DNA of 64,000 nucleotides from an uncultured Ruminiclostridium sp. (GTDB lineage Bacteria; Bacillota; Clostridia; Oscillospirales; Ruminococcaceae): the NCBI GenBank assembly GCA_964456025.1, contig CAYVZH010000010.1, positions 349 through 64,348 of the forward strand, given 5' to 3'. A program made the translations under genes and the position numbers. The notes below the pieces were generated by a model. It made no database searches. It saw nothing but the letters and a program-made list of their open reading frames with translations, and was not told the origin of the DNA. Positions 59,706-64,000 of this stretch are shown in pieces; the stretch's first letter is position 1; each line of letters starts with the position of its first letter.

Positions 59706-59757
59706 TAAAAATCTGCGCAAAACCGCATATATCAAAGCTTTCGCTTGATTTTTTGTA
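59706..59757 (-). mobile_element. Family A internal core remnant
   Basis: AAAAATCTGCGCAAAACCGCATATATCAAAGCTTTCGCTTGATTTTTTGTA is the reverse complement of the family A core; termini absent. Confidence 0.65.
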
Positions 59758-59800
59758 TGGTTTTCAATCGCATATTAGTATAAAAGAAAGGAAAAATATC

Positions 59801-60619
59801 ATGAAAAAGATCCTCGGAGCCAACATCGCGCGGTATCGGAAGGAGATCGGCCTGACACAGCGGGAGCTTGCCGAACGGCTGAACATTTCCTGCCAGGCGG
59901 TAAGTAAGTGGGAAAACGGTCAGACCGCGCCCGATCTGTACCTCCTGCCCTCGATCGCCGAGCTCCTTCACGTCAGCACGGATCGCCTGATGGGGTGCTT
60001 CCACCGCTTTGATCCCGTGAACGATTACGAGAGCCGCTATAACACCGACGAATATTACTGGGGTGTAAAGCCCTCGTATATGTGCCTGAAAATTCTCGAG
60101 CTTCTGCCGCCCGACCGCTCCCTGAGCGTTCTGGACATCGGCTGCGGCGAGGGGAAGGACGCCGTTTTCCTCGCGCGCTGCGGCTATCGGGTAAGCGCGT
60201 TCGACGCGACCGAGATCGGCGTGGAAAAAACCAAGCGGCTCGCGGAAAAGGCGGGCGTTTTCGTGGACGCGTTCACGGCGAATCTCCTCGATTTCCGGCT
60301 GGATCGGAATTTCGACATTTTATTTTCCAGCGGCGTGTTCCACTTTATGAAGCCCGAGCTGCGCGAGGAAATCATTGAAAATTACAAGCTTCACACCAAC
60401 CCGAACGGGATCCACGCGATCAACGTGTTTGTTGAAAAGCCGTTCGTCCCCGACCCGCCCGAAAAAGAGGTGCGCTATCGCTGGAGAAGCGGCGAGCTGT
60501 TTACGATGTACCATGACTGGTATATCGAGGACTGCTCGGAGGTGGTATTTGACTGCAATTCGAGCGGCGTTCCCCATAAACACGCGATGAATACGGTATA
60601 CGCAAGGAAGAGAACGTAA
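59801..60619 (+). CDS. XRE HTH fused to a TehB-like class I SAM methyltransferase
   Basis: LTQRELAERLNISCQAVSKWENG; VLDIGCGEGKDAVFLA; YKLHTNPNGIHAIN. Confidence 0.85.
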   Translation: MKKILGANIARYRKEIGLTQRELAERLNISCQAVSKWENGQTAPDLYLLPSIAELLHVSTDRLMGCFHRFDPVNDYESRYNTDEYYWGVKPSYMCLKILELLPPDRSLSVLDIGCGEGKDAVFLARCGYRVSAFDATEIGVEKTKRLAEKAGVFVDAFTANLLDFRLDRNFDILFSSGVFHFMKPELREEIIENYKLHTNPNGIHAINVFVEKPFVPDPPEKEVRYRWRSGELFTMYHDWYIEDCSEVVFDCNSSGVPHKHAMNTVYARKRT

Positions 60620-60642
60620 GGAGCTTTTCCGAAAGGAACCCC

Positions 60643-60671
60643 TTGACAAATCCCCCGAAATATGCTAGAAT
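60643..60671 (+). promoter_or_regulatory. Sigma-A promoter of the T-box leader
   Basis: TTGACA-17-TAGAAT with TG extension. Confidence 0.8.
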
Positions 60672-60686
60672 AACCTCAATATCCAC

Positions 60687-61030
60687 AAAGCGTTGATGGG
60701 AAAGCAGTAGGAACCGGTTTTTCCTTTCATACTGATTTTTAATCAAAAAGTGTACAAAAAATCAAGCAAAAGCTTTGATTTATGCGGTTTTGCGAAGATT
60801 TTTTGTCTACACTTTTATTAAAAATCAGTATCAGAGACCCCGCGGCAGGTGTGAGCGGGGAGGAGCCCGGTTCTCGAATTACCTCCCGGAGCGGCAGCCG
60901 GAACGGGTTTCCTTCGGATTCCCCACTACGGCGCACGGGCCCGCCCGTTACAGCGGATCATAGTAATAAACCGAGGTGGTACCGCGATCTTTCGCCCTCT
61001 TTTGGCATTACGCCAAAGGAGGTTATTTTT
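60687..61030 (+). ncRNA. T-box riboswitch, probable Tyr specifier (UAC), interrupted in Stem I
   Basis: GCGTTGATGGGA..AGTAG 5' end, AGAGA, GGTGTGA loop, GAATTAC-CTCCCGGAG specifier region, CCGTTA, antiterminator AGGTGGTACCGCG..CGCCCT, terminator CTCTTTTGGC/GCCAAAGGAG plus T run. Confidence 0.88.
60730..60830 (+). mobile_element. Family A palindromic MITE-like element inside the T-box
   Basis: TACTGATTTTTAAT/ATTAAAAATCAGTA termini, 101 bp, TCA direct repeats at 60727-29 and 60831-33. Confidence 0.85.
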
Positions 61031-61049
61031 TTAAAAGGAGACGAGAACG

Positions 61050-61937
61050 CTGAAAACGATCCCCGCAAAGACCATTCTCCAGAAAAACAAATCGACCGCC
61101 TGGTTCGGGAACGACTATAACATGAACCTTTATCGGGGCTGCTGCCACGGCTGCATTTACTGCGACAGCCGGAGCGAATGCTATCGGATCGAGGATTTCG
61201 ACGAGGTGCGGGCAAAGGAAAATGCGCTCCCGATCCTTCGGGACGAGCTTCGCCGAAAGGTTCGCGGCGGCGTGATCGGGACGGGGAGCATGAGCGACCC
61301 GTATAATCCCTTTGAGGCGACCGAGCTTCTCTCGCGCCACGCGGCGGAGCTGATCGACGCGTTCGGCTTCGGGCTTACGGTCATTACGAAAAGTACGCTC
61401 CTTACCCGCGATATTGACGTTTTTCAAGGCATTCGGGAGCATTCGCCGATCCTGCTCAAAATGACGGTCACGACGGCGGACGACGCGCTGTCCCGCCTTG
61501 TCGAGCCGAACGCCCCGCCCTCCTCGGAACGCTTCGCGGCGCTGAAAACGCTCGCGGACGCGGGACTTTTTACGGGGATCACGCTGATGCCCGTTCTCCC
61601 GTTCCTTGAGGACAGCGACGAAAATATCCGCACGATCGTAAGAACGGCAAAGCAAAGCGGCGTCCGCGTGATCTATCCCGCCTTCGGCATGACCCTCCGC
61701 GATCGGCAGCGGGATCATTATTTCGCCGCGCTCGACCGCCTTTTCCCCGAAGAGAAGCTGTCCGAGCGGTATCGGAAGCAGTTCGGGAATTACTACGAGT
61801 GCCGCTCGCCGCGGGTGAAGGCGCTCTGGCGCGTTTTTACCGAGGAATGCGAAAAGGCGGGGATCCTGTACGAAATGCGGGATATTATCCGCGCCTATCG
61901 GCAGGGATATGAGGAGCAGCAATTAACGTTTTTTTAA
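61050..61937 (+). CDS. Radical SAM protein (SplB/Rv2578c-like), probable CTG start
   Basis: CCHGCIYC = CxxxCxxC; GSMSDPY; ITKS. The in-frame extension KTIPAKTIL begins at CTG 9 nt after AAGGAG. Confidence 0.85.
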   Translation: MKTIPAKTILQKNKSTAWFGNDYNMNLYRGCCHGCIYCDSRSECYRIEDFDEVRAKENALPILRDELRRKVRGGVIGTGSMSDPYNPFEATELLSRHAAELIDAFGFGLTVITKSTLLTRDIDVFQGIREHSPILLKMTVTTADDALSRLVEPNAPPSSERFAALKTLADAGLFTGITLMPVLPFLEDSDENIRTIVRTAKQSGVRVIYPAFGMTLRDRQRDHYFAALDRLFPEEKLSERYRKQFGNYYECRSPRVKALWRVFTEECEKAGILYEMRDIIRAYRQGYEEQQLTFF

Positions 61938-62162
61938 AGTTAAAGGTATCAACCTCCCGAACCCCTTGCGCTGTAACGATTTCATAGATTCGAGTAACGA
62001 TTGGTACACAAGTACTTTATTTCAGCACAGAACGGCAAATCGAAATCCGGTAAGGCAGGATAGCATGAGGAAGCTGAAATTGCTCAAAACACCAACTGAT
62101 AACGGAATAACAGATCCGGTTATACACAGAGATAACTTTCATGTTTGCGGAGGCGTTTTAAC

Positions 62163-62653
62163 TTGGAAAAGTATTTTGAGATATTAAAAGAAAACGGGGC
62201 TGATTTAGCCATAAAGATAACGGCTGATACCATAGTGACGGCAGCCTGGACAGTCTATCGCTGCAAATACGGGTGCGATACTTATGGGAAAAGCCACTGC
62301 TGTCCGCCGAATTGTCCCACATGGAAAGAAACGCAGGAAATGATAAACTGCTTTCACTACGGGATTCTGTTCAGATGCCATGAAATGAGCATAGTGACGC
62401 CTCTTGCCGTAAAAACGGCGCGAGAGTTGTTTTTGGACGATTATTACAAAGTTATTGCTTTTGGCAGCGGACCATGCAAGAAATGCCAGACATGCAATCC
62501 GGACCGCTGTAATTTTCCGGGCAAAACCGTTCCATCTATGGAAGCGTGTGGAATTGATGTTTTGCAACGGTAAGGAACAACAATCTTGAAATCCATACAT
62601 TACGAGAAAAAGATGATATTCAGAACCACTTTGGGCTTATATTGGTTGAATGA
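62163..62653 (+). pseudogene. DUF2284-like Cys-rich metal-binding protein with a single-base frameshift
   Basis: CKYGC..CCPP, GPCKKCQTC, PSMEACGIDV. Adding one T to the run at 62560-63 gives ..GIDVFATVRNNNLEIHTL..QNHFGLILVE*. Confidence 0.75.
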
Positions 62654-62839
62654 ATTTCAAATTCCGGTTTATCGGGAGGTTTATAAAAATCAACATTTTC
62701 ACTGATACATAGCTGTATCAACAGAGGTAACGGAATACCGGAAACACTTGAAAGGTCGTGATATCCGTGAGATTTCAGAAAAATCTCATCGATTACGGAA
62801 AAGCCGAATGAAAAAATCATTTCAGAAGGAGGCTTTTCT

Positions 62840-63319
62840 ATGATAAGGCAAGCGGAAAAAACCGATCTGCCGAATCTTACGGCGCTTTTCCGACAGCTTC
62901 ATGCGCATCACGTCCGGATCAAGCCCGAATCCTTCCGAATGCCGGAGGATCAATGGTTTTCCGAACGGATCGGCGGAATTCTGGACGACGGCGAAATGAC
63001 CGTTCTCGTAAGCGTTGGAGCGGGCGGCGATCTGAACGGCTATGCGGCAGTACGGATCATGACCGTCGATTCCGCCGAAAGGATCCCACGGAAAATGTGC
63101 TATATTGAATGCTTCGCGGTGGCGGAAAGCGCGCGCCGGAAAGGGATCGGAACGGCGCTTTTCGACGCGGTGAAGATGTTCGCGAGGAAAAACGGCTGCG
63201 GGAGCGTTCAGCTCGGTGTTACCGCGGTCAATACGGACGCTGTCCGATTTTATGAAAAAATGGGGCTTGTCCCGCGAACCGTACAAATGGAAATACGGTC
63301 TGTCGAAGAAGAGAAATAA
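62840..63319 (+). CDS. GNAT family N-acetyltransferase
   Basis: YIECFAVAESARRKGIGTALF..NTDAVRFYEKMG. Confidence 0.9.
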   Translation: MIRQAEKTDLPNLTALFRQLHAHHVRIKPESFRMPEDQWFSERIGGILDDGEMTVLVSVGAGGDLNGYAAVRIMTVDSAERIPRKMCYIECFAVAESARRKGIGTALFDAVKMFARKNGCGSVQLGVTAVNTDAVRFYEKMGLVPRTVQMEIRSVEEEK

Positions 63320-63324
63320 AAGAG

Positions 63325-63660
63325 AAGTATTATTTTGCAGGGGCGCTGCCCCCGCACCCCCGCTTCCTTTTGCAGCCAAAAGGAAGCGAAAAGCAATATG
63401 GCTTTATATAGGATTATCAAGGAAGAAAGTCTTGCCAAATTCCTCAATTTATCCGAGAAAAGCCGAATCTATCAAAATTACGGTTTATAAAAAACCGTTA
63501 AAAGCAATATTAAAGTTTAGGTCAAGCCTTTTTAAAGGCTTGCGGGGTCTGGGGATGCGACAGGAGGTCGCAAGTCAAGCGCCCCAAGTGCCGCATGGAC
63601 GCGGCACAAAACAAAGCGCTTGACACAGCGTCCCTGCATCAATATATTTTTCTCTTTTTA
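63325..63660. repeat. Family B bipartite element (95-bp spacer)
   Basis: Left arm ends AATATGGCTTT (63405) and right arm starts AAAGCAATATT (63501); shares modules with 3095-3450. Confidence 0.75.
63620..63648 (+). promoter_or_regulatory. Candidate sigma-A promoter for tyrS within the repeat
   Basis: TTGACA-17-TATATT, 50 bp upstream of the tyrS ATG. Confidence 0.55.
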
Positions 63661-63697
63661 AATCTGTTTCAATAAAAAATTTCAGGAGGAATAAAAA

Positions 63698-64000
63698 ATG
63701 AAGCTTTACGAAGAACTCGTCCGCCGCGGGCTGATCGCGCAGGTAACGGACGAAAAAGAGATCAGCGAAATGATCAACGAGGGGAAGGCGACCTTTTACA
63801 TCGGCTTCGACCCCACGGCGGACAGCCTGCACGTCGGGCATTTTATGGCGCTTTGCCTCATGAAGCGGCTCCAGCAGGCGGGAAATAAGCCGATCGCCCT
63901 GCTCGGCGGCGGGACGGGCATGATCGGCGATCCGTCGGGAAAAACCGATATGCGGAAGATGATGACGAAGGAGACGATCGAGCACAATATCGCCTGCTTT
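63698..64000 (+). CDS. tyrS: Tyrosine--tRNA ligase (3' truncated by window edge)
   Basis: AGGAGG RBS; [45 protein letters not shown]. Confidence 0.96.
   Translation, partial: MKLYEELVRRGLIAQVTDEKEISEMINEGKATFYIGFDPTADSLHVGHFMALCLMKRLQQAGNKPIALLGGGTGMIGDPSGKTDMRKMMTKETIEHNIACF

Overview
Chromosomal window from a GC-rich Clostridia-type Firmicute, inferred to be Oscillospiraceae/Ruminococcaceae-like from gene content, sigma-A promoters, a T-box and a sortase signal. Housekeeping genes: a ParB/Noc-like gene (5' truncated), glmU, a liv BCAA ABC operon, mscS, gdhA, rpe, yajC, rlmB, rnr, metY-like, eno and tyrS (3' truncated). These are interleaved with lineage-specific surface proteins, two type IV pilins split by a DinJ/YafQ-type TA pair, and an ECF sigma cluster. 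No rRNA, tRNA, CRISPR array or transposase was seen. Main oddities: (1) A Tyr T-box whose Stem I carries a 101-bp palindromic MITE-like insertion with a TCA duplication. It is separated from tyrS by three accessory genes, and tyrS has a TTGACA-17-TATATT promoter candidate inside a repeat element. (2) Two dispersed non-coding repeat families. (3) A leader-peptide / anti-SD attenuator in front of an RNHCP-domain gene. (4) Several apparently catalytically dead membrane machines: an RnfD-E-A trio lacking cofactor ligands, a P1B-like pseudo-ATPase and a degenerate P2-like ATPase. (5) A sigma-like domain fused through a TM helix to an extracellular beta-propeller. All family assignments come from motif recognition by eye, with no database searches.
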